Below are positions 36,471 to 44,739 of a stretch of DNA of 64,000 nucleotides, one piece after another (positions within the stretch are counted from its first letter, which is position 1; each line of letters begins with the position of its first letter). The stretch comes from a virus (Duplodnaviria > Caudoviricetes). Below the pieces are notes generated by a model. The model searched no databases and was not told the origin of the DNA. It saw only the letters and a program-made list of their open reading frames with translations. The DNA is taken from the IMG/VR virus record IMGVR_UViG_2706795722_000001, positions 12,965 through 76,964 of that record. One strand, written 5' to 3'. Position numbers and translations under genes: made by a program.

Positions 36471-36928
36471 CGTCCCGTCACCTTCCTCTTCTTGCGAGCC
36501 TTCGCTCGCTTCTTGTCGAGCTCGGCCTTGCGTCGGTTGAACTTGGCCTCGAGCTTGTCGACCCGCTCGCACCACTCGCGGTAGGTCTCACCCGGCTCCT
36601 GTGATGGGAGTTCGTTGAGAAACTCCCTCATGTGTTGGCCTCGCCACTGCGACTCTTCTTGCATCAGGTATCCCCTCCTCCGAGGTTCTGCATGTGGAAC
36701 CAGATCGCCGTCGTAGAAGAACGACTCCTGCTTCTCGTCACCTCTGATCAGCGCGTCGAGCTTCTCGTGACCGACCTTCCTCTCGTCCTCGCGGTCGAGG
36801 TTGAAGTCGTTGAACAGATCAGCAACCTCCTCCTTAGCCTCCTCATACGACATGCCGTTGCCGCCGTCGTAGAAGCGCTCGAGCAGGTGCGCTTTGACTC
36901 GCTCGAGCAACTCTCCCTGGTCTGCCAC
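36467..36928 (-). CDS. Hypothetical helical protein with basic C-terminus (153 aa)
   Basis: RBS, tiling, GC3 bias. Confidence 0.7.
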   Translation of the reverse strand: MADQGELLERVKAHLLERFYDGGNGMSYEEAKEEVADLFNDFNLDREDERKVGHEKLDALIRGDEKQESFFYDGDLVPHAEPRRRGYLMQEESQWRGQHMREFLNELPSQEPGETYREWCERVDKLEAKFNRRKAELDKKRAKARKKRKVTGR

Positions 36929-36934
36929 CTTGAT

Positions 36935-37159
36935 CTACCTTCCGTAAGGCGAGGGCGCTCGACCCTCGGGAATCTCGGGGAGCGTCGGCCACATTTTGCG
37001 CAGCCAATTCCACGACTCCACCGACAGGACAACCATCGTAGGCTTCTGGTTCACGCGAACCAGCACTGGCCCATCCTTGGTGAGCTCGCGCACAAGGCGA
37101 GGCTGGCCCGACAGGACCGTCGAGGGGATGTCGCCGCCCAGCTTGGTCGGCTTGCTCAT
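36935..37159 (-). CDS. Phd/YefM antitoxin-like protein (74 aa)
   Basis: IPSTVLSGQPRLVRELTKDGPVLVRVNQKPTMVVLSVESWNWL fits the Phd/YefM pattern (…GPVxVxxNxKPxxVVLSxExWxxL). Confidence 0.55.
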   Translation of the reverse strand: MSKPTKLGGDIPSTVLSGQPRLVRELTKDGPVLVRVNQKPTMVVLSVESWNWLRKMWPTLPEIPEGRAPSPYGR

Positions 37160-37794
37160 CGCTTCGCCTTCCGCTTGAGCGCTTCGAGTCCGTCGCGCAT
37201 TCCCTCGAGCGTGAGTCCCTTAAAGTACAGCGGCTTGTGATTGATCTTGGCGTAGCCGAGACGCTCCCACCGCTGGAACACTGCGCCGATCGCTCCGGTG
37301 CTCGGTGGGCTGTCGGGGTCGATGAGGTTCGCGATGAACTGCGGCGTGCAGGGCTCGTCGAACTCGCCGAGCATCGCGCGGTTGCAGATCTGCTGCACCT
37401 CGGTCTCGAGCTGCCCGCGTTGACGGTAGCCCGACGGCGTTTCGGTGAACGTACGGGCCGATTCCAATAGCCCAGGAGCCGTTTCGCTGCGCTTTTCCGC
37501 GCCCCGCGACGTTTGACCACCGGCCAACGAAGCACCCGGCATATCGCGACCGAAGTACATGGACAGGTCGGGTCCGACGAAGGGAACGTAGTTCGGGTTC
37601 TGATGCACTCGCCTGGGCTCGCCCGCCATCTCGTACATGCGGTTGAACTTCTGGTGGCACGCACAGGCACACAGCTCGTATTTCACGCACACCTTCATGT
37701 GCTTGCCACTCGGGCTCACCGGGGCGGTGCCCTCGCAGTGGCCGTTGCTGCAGAACCCGCTGACGTACTTGCTGTTAGGGTCTTGTTTACTCAC
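37156..37794 (-). CDS. Cys/His-rich N-terminus plus probable winged-HTH C-terminus (212 aa)
   Basis: CSNGHC...C...CACACH, and TPQFIANLIDPDSPPSTGAIGAVFQRW. Confidence 0.7.
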   Translation of the reverse strand: MSKQDPNSKYVSGFCSNGHCEGTAPVSPSGKHMKVCVKYELCACACHQKFNRMYEMAGEPRRVHQNPNYVPFVGPDLSMYFGRDMPGASLAGGQTSRGAEKRSETAPGLLESARTFTETPSGYRQRGQLETEVQQICNRAMLGEFDEPCTPQFIANLIDPDSPPSTGAIGAVFQRWERLGYAKINHKPLYFKGLTLEGMRDGLEALKRKAKR

Positions 37795-38063
37795 GCGGGG
37801 TACTCCTCTCTGATGGCTTCGAACTGCCTGTTGATCTCGCCGAGGTCGCCGGTAAGCTGGACGAGGTTGTGGCGAATGCCGGGAATGAAACTGATTTCCG
37901 AGTTGTGGCGATTAACCGAGTTCTCGATAACGACACAGTCTTGGATTAACAGGTTGAATCTTTCGATCAACTCGTTGACCTTGTCTGCGATCTCTTGCAC
38001 CGATGGTGGTGGACCTTGCCATGCGTACTCATTCAGTGGAATGACGCGCGTAGGATTAATCAA
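37791..38063 (-). CDS. Coiled-coil hypothetical protein (90 aa)
   Basis: GTGA overlap. Heptad-like sequence. Confidence 0.6.
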   Translation of the reverse strand: MINPTRVIPLNEYAWQGPPPSVQEIADKVNELIERFNLLIQDCVVIENSVNRHNSEISFIPGIRHNLVQLTGDLGEINRQFEAIREEYPA

Positions 38064-38616
38064 GGTCGGTCACCTCCGCTCCTTCGCCGTAGACCGCACC
38101 CTCCTCGCCCGAGAAGGTTTCTTCCTGCTTGGCCCTGCTTGCTATCGACCGCTCCTGCTGGCTGGGGTCGATACTGCTTCGGCCTAGCCAGCCAGTGGGG
38201 AGGAACTCCAGTGTGTCCTCGAAAGCGGTTCCGCCTTCGCGCCGCCAAATCACCGGTGGGTCACGAAAGATCCGACCCAGCGAAGTGTCGCCGTCTTGAA
38301 GTGCCTCTTCGGCGATCTTGTCGCGCGCCTTCACGCTGTCGAGCGAGGCCTCGAAGGCTACGTCGATCACACGCTTGATCGCGACTAGCTCCTCTTCGGT
38401 CAACGAAGTAAGCTTGACCTGAATCACCCTTCGGCCCTCGGCCTCGATGAACAGGTCTACATCGACGCCGTAGTTGCGAGTCGAGTTCGGACGCACATAC
38501 GTCGTGAAGGCGTACCTATACGCCTTGGTCCACATCCTTCGGAAAGGGCCAAACGACCCTGCGAGAATGTGTGAATCAGTGGCCTTACCCGGCCTGCTTC
38601 CGCCTGGCACGCGCAA
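38056..38616 (-). CDS. Hypothetical protein (up to 186 aa; true start probably downstream)
   Basis: ORF track. GC3-biased central part. Confidence 0.6.
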   Translation of the reverse strand: MRVPGGSRPGKATDSHILAGSFGPFRRMWTKAYRYAFTTYVRPNSTRNYGVDVDLFIEAEGRRVIQVKLTSLTEEELVAIKRVIDVAFEASLDSVKARDKIAEEALQDGDTSLGRIFRDPPVIWRREGGTAFEDTLEFLPTGWLGRSSIDPSQQERSIASRAKQEETFSGEEGAVYGEGAEVTDLD

Positions 38617-38824
38617 CCTTCATCCTCTCGATCCTCGACATGTCGCGAGGGTAGTTGTAGTCCTTGTCTTCTCCGAGGCAGTTCTCGCACAGCCAGTCGA
38701 CGGTGCGGGAGCGGAACACGGTCGAGTTGTTTCCGATGCCCGAGAACATCACCTTCTTCGAGGTGAGGTCTTCTCGTTTCTTGTCCTTGCCACAGTTCGT
38801 GCAAGCGTACAACGGGTCAGCCAT
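38585..38824 (-). CDS. Zn-ribbon protein (79 aa)
   Basis: CTNC and CENC motifs. GAAAGG RBS. Confidence 0.7.
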   Translation of the reverse strand: MADPLYACTNCGKDKKREDLTSKKVMFSGIGNNSTVFRSRTVDWLCENCLGEDKDYNYPRDMSRIERMKVARARRKQAG

Positions 38825-38837
38825 TTCGGCCTTTCAT

Positions 38838-40208
38838 TTAGAAGGGTGCGGGGACGGCGTCCCCAAAGTCGGACGGAGACCTGTAATCGAAGCACTCTGC
38901 ACACTTGTTGGACAAGGCCAGCACGAGCCGATCGAATGACATCGAGTTGAACATCGAGTACTGCTTCTCGCATTCGGTGCAAACGATGTCCACTCCTGCG
39001 CCGAGGTCGACGATCTCGTCAAGCGAGCTCACGAAAGCCTGCTCGACCACCTCAAGTGGAATGTGATAAGTCATCGGAAACTCGCCAATGTTAAGCACGA
39101 ATAGCGCCTCGTCAGCAATCACCCCAGAGGAGAGGTTGGCCGCAACAAGTGCGACCAAACGGATGACATCTTCCTCGACGTCGACCTCGGCGCGCAGGCG
39201 CGCGTACTGCATCGTCTGGATCACCTTGGACCCGTCGATCTCCACTAGGAGTGGGAAGTCGAAGTAGGCTTCGGTGTGAATGAGGGTCATGAGAATCGAC
39301 TCCTGCATCCGCTTCCACTGAACGTAATCCTTGCGCTCGCCCTGTGTGTCGAAGATCGGACGATACACCGGAACCTTGCCGTACGAATTATCCACCTCGG
39401 AATCGAGAAGAACATACAGACCGTTTCTCTGTCCATTCGGAGTCTCGATTATACGAGTAGTGAAGTGTTCGTCGGGAGACGCTACCGTGAGGTCGTTTCC
39501 CAGTGGACCGAGAACGCAGGTTGCGCGCTGAAACAGCGGATCATACAGGTCTTCGGTGTCGATGATCTCCCATGCCGAGTGAACATCTCGCCAACGATTA
39601 TGGAGGCCGAGTTGAATCAGGGGCTGCGAGATCATGTCCGCAACCCAGTCTGCTTGCTTCTTAAGCTGTGGGTGAATCCTGTTCATCGCCAGACCCCCCT
39701 TCGTTGTATCGCTGTAACCGACCGGTGACACCGGGATTAAGAACTTCGGAGAACTTTCGGCGGTCTTCTCGGGAGAGGAGGCCGTTCGATTCAAAGGCGC
39801 GAATAGCCCTGTGTAAGGCTGTGTCTTGAGATTCCCCGCCTGACCGCCTTTCCCCCCGCCTTTCCCCCCGCCGCTCCCCGCGACGCGCGCTTTGAACGCG
39901 GAAGGAATCTGTTGCATGAGGCCTCTGGCGCCCTCCGCGCTCACGATGAACTCGTTGCGCTCCACCACTCCCTGGCCCACCGTCTCGCCGGTGTCCGTGT
40001 GTAGGGTTATCCCCAGCGTGTTCTGCTTCGCCTGCTCTTTCTGGAGCTTCTCGAGCTGTTTGTGGATTCGAGTCCCGCTCGACCCCAGTATCTCGTCCGG
40101 AGTTACCGAGATATTCTTGATCCACTCTGGAGCTGATTGACGGTGGAGCCTTGCGCGGCCCGCGTACTCGTCGTTTCGCTTGTTCCGGTTTCGATTGCCC
40201 TTCGACAT
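38838..40208 (-). CDS. Hypothetical protein (456 aa from ATG 40208, or 282 aa from ATG 39686) with C-terminal CxxC pair
   Basis: AAGGAGGTG RBS before 40208. Second RBS-like GGGGGT before 39686. CTEC and CAEC motifs at the end. Confidence 0.65.
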   Translation of the reverse strand: MSKGNRNRNKRNDEYAGRARLHRQSAPEWIKNISVTPDEILGSSGTRIHKQLEKLQKEQAKQNTLGITLHTDTGETVGQGVVERNEFIVSAEGARGLMQQIPSAFKARVAGSGGGKGGGKGGQAGNLKTQPYTGLFAPLNRTASSPEKTAESSPKFLIPVSPVGYSDTTKGGLAMNRIHPQLKKQADWVADMISQPLIQLGLHNRWRDVHSAWEIIDTEDLYDPLFQRATCVLGPLGNDLTVASPDEHFTTRIIETPNGQRNGLYVLLDSEVDNSYGKVPVYRPIFDTQGERKDYVQWKRMQESILMTLIHTEAYFDFPLLVEIDGSKVIQTMQYARLRAEVDVEEDVIRLVALVAANLSSGVIADEALFVLNIGEFPMTYHIPLEVVEQAFVSSLDEIVDLGAGVDIVCTECEKQYSMFNSMSFDRLVLALSNKCAECFDYRSPSDFGDAVPAPF

Positions 40209-40323
40209 CTTTCACCTCCTTCTTGACTGGGGTCTTGCGAACTTTCTTTGGCTTGGCTGACGTCTCGCACTCGCACGGGAACGAGTCACAGAACATGCAC
40301 GACTCGGGAAGCTTAGCGGCCAT
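39661..40323 (-). CDS. Hypothetical protein with N-terminal CxxC/CxC (220 aa), overlapping the 456-aa ORF in another frame
   Basis: TAATG overlap with the upstream gene. CMFCDSFPCEC, and a protein-like C-terminal helix ALHRAIRAFESNGLLSREDRRKF. Confidence 0.55.
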   Translation of the reverse strand: MAAKLPESCMFCDSFPCECETSAKPKKVRKTPVKKEVKDVEGQSKPEQAKRRVRGPRKAPPSISSRVDQEYLGNSGRDTGVERDSNPQTAREAPERAGEAEHAGDNPTHGHRRDGGPGSGGAQRVHRERGGRQRPHATDSFRVQSARRGERRGERRGERRSGGESQDTALHRAIRAFESNGLLSREDRRKFSEVLNPGVTGRLQRYNEGGSGDEQDSPTA

Positions 40324-40490
40324 TACTCCACCGGCTGGATTTCCACGATGTTCGTCTTGTCGCTGTACTTGAAGCCGATCGCCTCGTACACCTCACCGTT
40401 CGCGCGGTCCACGAACAGGATCTTCTGTGTACCGCTCTTGTTCTTCGCCATGAGCTTCATGATGGCGTCCTTGAAGTCGAAGACGTTCAC
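40323..40490 (-). CDS. Small hypothetical protein (55 aa, not in track)
   Basis: MNVFDFKDAIMKLMAKNKSGTQKILFVDRANGEVYEAIGFKYSDKTNIVEIQPVE*. GTGA and TAATG overlaps. Confidence 0.65.
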   Translation of the reverse strand: MNVFDFKDAIMKLMAKNKSGTQKILFVDRANGEVYEAIGFKYSDKTNIVEIQPVE

Positions 40491-40750
40491 AGGTCATGTC
40501 CCATCTGGAAAGCGCCGAACACGTTGCTGGCGTACATCGACAGGCCGACCGCCTCGGAGGTGTTCCCGGCCAGGGAGGTGGCCCGATGCTGGTCACCCTC
40601 TGCGAACGGGGAGTCGAGGGTGAGCGCGAGGATGCAGGCGCCGATCTGCTGGTCGGGTCGCGCCGCGCCGCTGACGTGCAGGTACTCTGCGATTGCGTCG
40701 AGCGCCTTCTGCTTCGCCGCGATCTCGGCGTCACTCTGGTTCTGGTTCAA
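40487..40750 (-). CDS. Hypothetical protein (87 aa)
   Basis: GAGGAGGT RBS directly after the promoter. Confidence 0.75.
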   Translation of the reverse strand: MNQNQSDAEIAAKQKALDAIAEYLHVSGAARPDQQIGACILALTLDSPFAEGDQHRATSLAGNTSEAVGLSMYASNVFGAFQMGHDL

Positions 40751-40776
40751 GTCGGGGACCTCCTCAATGTTCTACG

Positions 40777-40805
40777 ATAGTACCACATCGTAGGGTGTTT
40801 GTCAA
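40777..40805 (-). promoter_or_regulatory. Sigma-A promoter, TGTGG class
   Basis: TTGACA-17 nt-(TGTGG)TACTAT. The -10 is flanked by the 7-bp inverted repeat CTACGAT/ATCGTAG. Confidence 0.8.
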
Positions 40806-41470
40806 TTCGCGACGAGCTTCTGCTTCTCGTGCTCAAACTGCTCGTCGGTGAGCTTGAACATGGACTGGATTGCACCCTCGGGGATTCCCTTGGCGAGCAT
40901 CTTCTGTAGGTGCTCGCGTTCGTCGTCACCGAACGCCCTGAACTTGCCAGTCTTCGGGTCTGCCTTCGGGCCGCGCGCGGGTTTGGGTGCCGATTTCGTC
41001 GGAGGCTTGACTGCCTCGCGCATCGGGGGCGGCATCGGGTTGTATCCGTCACAGCCTGGCGTGTCCATGAAGTCGATTTCACCCGTCTTCATGCGGTAAC
41101 GCTTGAGTGCCCACTTGCTCACGGCAACTGTGCTCTCAAAATGAGGTACGCTCATCTTCTGGATTGCGATCGCGAGCCCCTGTGCCTGCCCCTTGACGAG
41201 ATCGAAGCCCTCGCCGGGATTTGCCTTCTGGTCCATGATCGCCTTAGTTACGCGATCCAGCTCTTCCCAGAGCTGCTCGATGATACTCGGTCCCGCAGGC
41301 ATAGGTTCCCCCTCTACTTCTTTGTACGGACAGATCGCACCGTGCTTGTCATGCGCTGTCCATGCGGCCTTTTCGGACCGATGGTTTGACTCCCACTCGC
41401 ACTGTGGGTCGCCACAGGTGAACGCCCACCCGGCTTCAGCCGGGTAGACTTCAGGCCATGAAACCTTCAT
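40802..41470 (-). CDS. Hypothetical protein with N-terminal C2H2-like motif (222 aa)
   Basis: CGDPQC...H.....H...C motif. GC3 bias. Confidence 0.7.
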   Translation of the reverse strand: MKVSWPEVYPAEAGWAFTCGDPQCEWESNHRSEKAAWTAHDKHGAICPYKEVEGEPMPAGPSIIEQLWEELDRVTKAIMDQKANPGEGFDLVKGQAQGLAIAIQKMSVPHFESTVAVSKWALKRYRMKTGEIDFMDTPGCDGYNPMPPPMREAVKPPTKSAPKPARGPKADPKTGKFRAFGDDEREHLQKMLAKGIPEGAIQSMFKLTDEQFEHEKQKLVAN

Positions 41471-41603
41471 CCGGCCTGACCTCTTCCTCTTCCTCCGGTG
41501 TCATGGGCACGCGCAGCTTCGACAGGTCCATGACCTCGTTTGCCTCTTCGGTGTGCGGCTCGGGCGCGTTGTCAGGGTCGGCCCAGTATGGAGTCGAGGC
41601 CAC
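41451..41603 (-). CDS. Small acidic protein (50 aa)
   Basis: GTG immediately after the upstream stop. Ends PEEEEEVRPDEGFMA*. Confidence 0.5.
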   Translation of the reverse strand: MASTPYWADPDNAPEPHTEEANEVMDLSKLRVPMTPEEEEEVRPDEGFMA

Positions 41604-41604
41604 G

Positions 41605-41997
41605 TCAGTAGCACATCGCGATCGAGTAGTTGGGGTCGTCGTCGGACGACTCGGCCACCTTGTAGCCGTTGACGAACAGGGCGCAGTAGACCGCGTCTCC
41701 GTTGATGCCGTTGATTCCGATCCCCACGGACTCGCTGGTCGAGCCGGTGAAGATCGTCCGCGTGATGCACGTAACGCCACGCACGCTCTGGCCATCCAGG
41801 TAGGTGCGCGAGCGCTGCACGTCGTTGCCGTACTCGTTCTGGTAGGACAGGCTCACGGTCGCGCCGGTGGGCGAACAGAACATTTGGTCCACCTTCGAGT
41901 ACGAGGGGACGACCTCGGCGTTCGAGTACGCAGCGCCTGCGGTCATGATTGCCGCCGCGCCCGTCAGGGCGGCGGCGGTCTTGATGATACGGTTCAT
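41605..41997 (-). CDS. Secreted protein with signal peptide and MmpS-like beta domain (130 aa)
   Basis: MNRIIKTAAALTGAAAIMTAGAAYSNA signal (AxA). C-terminal YCALFVNGYKVAE...AMC resembles the MmpS-type CxI.VnG..V.E...C pattern. Confidence 0.7.
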   Translation of the reverse strand: MNRIIKTAAALTGAAAIMTAGAAYSNAEVVPSYSKVDQMFCSPTGATVSLSYQNEYGNDVQRSRTYLDGQSVRGVTCITRTIFTGSTSESVGIGINGINGDAVYCALFVNGYKVAESSDDDPNYSIAMCY

Positions 41998-42055
41998 GGT
42001 GATTACCTCCTGATGTTTGGGGACCAGGTTAAACTGGTACCACCTGCTATTGAAG

Positions 42056-42095
42056 GAATGACCCGAGCAGCGCTCCATTACTGCTCGGGTCATTC
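42056..42095 (-). terminator. Perfect 15-bp hairpin
   Basis: GAATGACCCGAGCAG-10 nt-CTGCTCGGGTCATTC in the intergenic gap. Confidence 0.6.
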
Positions 42096-42165
42096 GATGC
42101 GTATTCGGTCGCCACCTTTCCCTGACGTTACCCAGCTAAGCTGGCGCGGGAAACTTGTTGAGGAC

Positions 42166-42588
42166 TTACTCGTCCTCGCCGCCGTCCTCGTTATCCTTCT
42201 TTGCCGGGGGGTCGGCATGAAAGTGCGAGAGCGGCTCGTGGTCGAGCTGATCGTGGAAGGCCAGAGCGTCCTCGGGCGACATCGCGTTGATGTCAGCGAG
42301 GCTGTAGCCGTGGCGGTCCACGAGGTGACGCTTGACCGTGTCGAGGCCGACGATGTTGAGGCGACGCGCCTTCATCTCGGGCTCGGCCTCGGGGGCCACA
42401 TGGATGTCAGCGATGTCCTCGCGCTTGACGAGCTTGAGGTTGGACTTGCCCTTCTCCTTGAAGGCGATCATCTCGGGCGACGCCGAGGCGACCGTGCCGG
42501 TCACATGCTCGTCGTCACCGACGAGCTTGAGCTCGACACGCTTACCGTCGTAGTCGATCAGCTCGAGTTCGGTGGCGGGTGCGGACAT
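42166..42588 (-). CDS. Protein with possible Sm/LSm-like N-terminal fold (140 aa)
   Basis: DGKRVELKLVGDDEHVTGTVASASPEMIAFKEKGKSNLKLVKREDIADIHV follows the Sm1/Sm2 pattern. AGGAG RBS. Confidence 0.6.
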   Translation of the reverse strand: MSAPATELELIDYDGKRVELKLVGDDEHVTGTVASASPEMIAFKEKGKSNLKLVKREDIADIHVAPEAEPEMKARRLNIVGLDTVKRHLVDRHGYSLADINAMSPEDALAFHDQLDHEPLSHFHADPPAKKDNEDGGEDE

Positions 42589-42616
42589 GATTTCTCCTAG
42601 TTTCGTGTGGTCAGGG

Positions 42617-42668
42617 GCGTTCGTGCCCGTACCCGTTAATGGTACCACGGACACGGGCACGAACGCAA
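42617..42668 (-). promoter_or_regulatory. Promoter embedded in a 14+4-bp inverted repeat
   Basis: GCGTTCGTGCCCGT/ACGGGCACGAACGC arms. Minus-strand TTGCGT-18 nt-(CGTGG)TACCAT with the -10 in the loop. Confidence 0.55.
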
Positions 42669-42706
42669 CCCGAACGCGAATGAACTTTGGGTGACCGAAG
42701 GTTCAC

Positions 42707-43267
42707 CTACCCGGCGCGGAGAACCTCCAGGGTGCGCAGACCGTCCACGCCCATGAACTTCACGAGCTCGCTCCAGGTCTTCGGGTTCGTGGTGTTGCCC
42801 GAACTGGACGAGAGGAACCACATCTTCTTGGTGTAGACGGGGCGGAACGAGAACTGATCGTTCAGCTCCTCGACGCTGACCGTGACGTCCACTCCCACGG
42901 CGGTGTAGTCGTAGCACTTGTGCTCACGGAACATCTTCCGGAAGGCGATCACCGGCGGGCGACCGTCCGAGGTGCTCTTCGGCTCCTGGCCGAGCATCGT
43001 GGCGGCAAGCTCTTCCTGGAGGGACTGCACCGTCCGGTCGTGCTCGGTCAGGCGCGACTCCACGGAGTTCCGTGCACTGATCGCCTCGCCGAGCTGCTTC
43101 GCCACGTCGGCGAGCGGTCGAGTCGCCTCGGGCTCGCTGTCGATCAGGCTGAGCTGCGGAAGCCCAGCCGCCGCCTCGATGCGAGCACGACACTTCGCGC
43201 GCTCGTGCGAAGTCGCCGGGTGGGTGCAGTTCTTGTGACTGACGCGCTTGATCTTCTCTGCTGCCAT
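42707..43267 (-). CDS. Hypothetical protein (186 aa) with N-terminal H..C.H.....RA.C motif and QLSLI
   Basis: AAGGAGGT RBS. GC3 bias. Confidence 0.75.
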   Translation of the reverse strand: MAAEKIKRVSHKNCTHPATSHERAKCRARIEAAAGLPQLSLIDSEPEATRPLADVAKQLGEAISARNSVESRLTEHDRTVQSLQEELAATMLGQEPKSTSDGRPPVIAFRKMFREHKCYDYTAVGVDVTVSVEELNDQFSFRPVYTKKMWFLSSSSGNTTNPKTWSELVKFMGVDGLRTLEVLRAG

Positions 43268-43279
43268 GTGGGAACCTCC

Positions 43280-43564
43280 TTACTTCTTCTTGTCGTCGTC
43301 GGACGGGATCAGGTCCTCGGGATCGGGGCGCGGACCCTGACCGTCGTCGATGGGCTCGCCGACCTGACGGATGCCCACAGGCTTGATCTTCTCGCCCACG
43401 TCGCGGGGCCCGTTGCCCGACTCGATCTTCGCGGCCGAGGGGCCGGTGCCGAGGTCGCCGTCATTGGCGTTGGTGTTCGGGTCCGCGAAGGCCGACCCGA
43501 GACCGAGGCCGCTCGCAGCGAAGGCGATCATGACGCCGATGAAGAAACGCTTCTTGTTGTTCAT
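43280..43564 (-). CDS. Secreted low-complexity protein (94 aa)
   Basis: MNNKKRFFIGVMIAFAASGLGLGSAFA signal peptide. AGGAGGT RBS. Confidence 0.75.
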   Translation of the reverse strand: MNNKKRFFIGVMIAFAASGLGLGSAFADPNTNANDGDLGTGPSAAKIESGNGPRDVGEKIKPVGIRQVGEPIDDGQGPRPDPEDLIPSDDDKKK

Positions 43565-43716
43565 TTGGAACCTCCTGTGATTGGTTTCTGTTCGGACGGT
43601 TTGCCGAACTTGCAGTGCGTGCACTCGTTTCCGTGATTGATCCAGCTTCCACACTTCTTGCATGTGGCACGGAACTTGTGCGAGTCTTCGATCTCGGGCG
43701 GCGGCGGAATGCTCAC
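43561..43716 (-). CDS. Small Zn-ribbon protein (51 aa, not in track)
   Basis: MSIPPPPEIEDSHKFRATCKKCGSWINHGNECTHCKFGKPSEQKPITGGSK*. ATGA overlap. Confidence 0.6.
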   Translation of the reverse strand: MSIPPPPEIEDSHKFRATCKKCGSWINHGNECTHCKFGKPSEQKPITGGSK

Positions 43717-43729
43717 CGCCTTTGCCTCG

Positions 43730-43933
43730 TCAGTCACGCTGAGTGGCGCGGTGCGTACTCTCGCTCGCCACCCGCTCGATCGTGGCCTCGACAGGCGAGG
43801 CGCTCCCTTCGGTGATCGTCGTCAGGGCCTGCCGCGCGGCCTCCAGAAGGGTACGTCTCGTCACGCCCTGGTCGGCGGTGAGCTCCACGCGATACTCGCG
43901 CTCATCCACCTCGAGCTCAATTGATACTCGCAT
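43730..43933 (-). CDS. Hypothetical protein (67 aa)
   Basis: AAGGAG RBS before ATG 43933. Confidence 0.65.
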   Translation of the reverse strand: MRVSIELEVDEREYRVELTADQGVTRRTLLEAARQALTTITEGSASPVEATIERVASESTHRATQRD

Positions 43934-43944
43934 TGCTATTCTCC

Positions 43945-44202
43945 TTACATGCACTCGCCGTTATGTTCGGTGAAGCAGTCGGAACACATCGGCGTCTTTC
44001 GGATTTTGGACTGACGATACCGGGGAGGGTCGTCCTCCTCGGCGGCTCGCTTTGCCTCCCAGTGGGTGGGCAAGTCGATCCCTGTTGCACACGAGGCGTG
44101 TTGCCACGGTCCCGATTCGTGCGGCGTAACCGGGTCGCCGAGGTGAACTTTCGTTCTACACTCGGGGCAGGTTGACTCTTTCTTGGCTGGTATGACGACC
44201 AT
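43945..44202 (-). CDS. Zn-finger protein (85 aa)
   Basis: CPEC...H..C and CSDC...H..C motifs. Confidence 0.7.
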   Translation of the reverse strand: MVVIPAKKESTCPECRTKVHLGDPVTPHESGPWQHASCATGIDLPTHWEAKRAAEEDDPPRYRQSKIRKTPMCSDCFTEHNGECM

Positions 44203-44531
44203 TATGAAGCTCCTACCCTTTCGCGTAGGCGTCGGAGGGTTGTGCCCGAGCAGTGCAGGATCAGTAGTGCATCCTTCTTTGTCACCTCGCCATCGTTGAC
44301 CATCTGTGCAATCTTCGCACGGTCGTGCGGATCTTTGAGGTGATAGTCGCCGAGCTTCTTGAGCGCGATCTCTATCGCTATCGGATCGTGTTCGTCAGGG
44401 TTGCCTTTGGGGCGCTCCTGTATTGGCCAGTTTGCGAGTGTGCCTGCGCGCTTCTCGACTCCGTAACACTCCGGACACAAGCCTCGGCACGGTCGCTCGG
44501 TAGGGTTGGCACACTTCAAACAGTTCTGCAT
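44202..44531 (-). CDS. Zn-finger plus HTH protein (109 aa)
   Basis: CLKC...C...CPEC. C-terminal TKKDALLILHCSGTTLRRL helix-turn-helix-like segment. Confidence 0.65.
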   Translation of the reverse strand: MQNCLKCANPTERPCRGLCPECYGVEKRAGTLANWPIQERPKGNPDEHDPIAIEIALKKLGDYHLKDPHDRAKIAQMVNDGEVTKKDALLILHCSGTTLRRLRERVGAS

Positions 44532-44532
44532 G

Positions 44533-44739
44533 TCACGCCCTCTCTATCTTGAGCACCGTACGTAGTAGCGGCTTTCCGGAGCAGATTCGATTGATACGCT
44601 TCAACTTGAGCATATGACGATTAGCGAACTCTGGTTCGTACCAGTTAGTCGAGATAGGTTCCCACTGTCCTCCTGGTTCGGGCTGAATAAATACAGCCAA
44701 TGTATCGTGGCTATACTTATCAACCTTGAACTCCATCAC
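44533..44739 (-). CDS. Hypothetical protein (68 aa)
   Basis: GTGA overlap. Tiling. Confidence 0.55.
   Translation of the reverse strand: MMEFKVDKYSHDTLAVFIQPEPGGQWEPISTNWYEPEFANRHMLKLKRINRICSGKPLLRTVLKIERA

Noticed and set aside
39848-39866. Two GGGAAAG heptamers as frameshift sites linking the overlapping ORFs
   Set aside because: They are not in X XXY YYZ register for either the 220-aa or the 456-aa frame.
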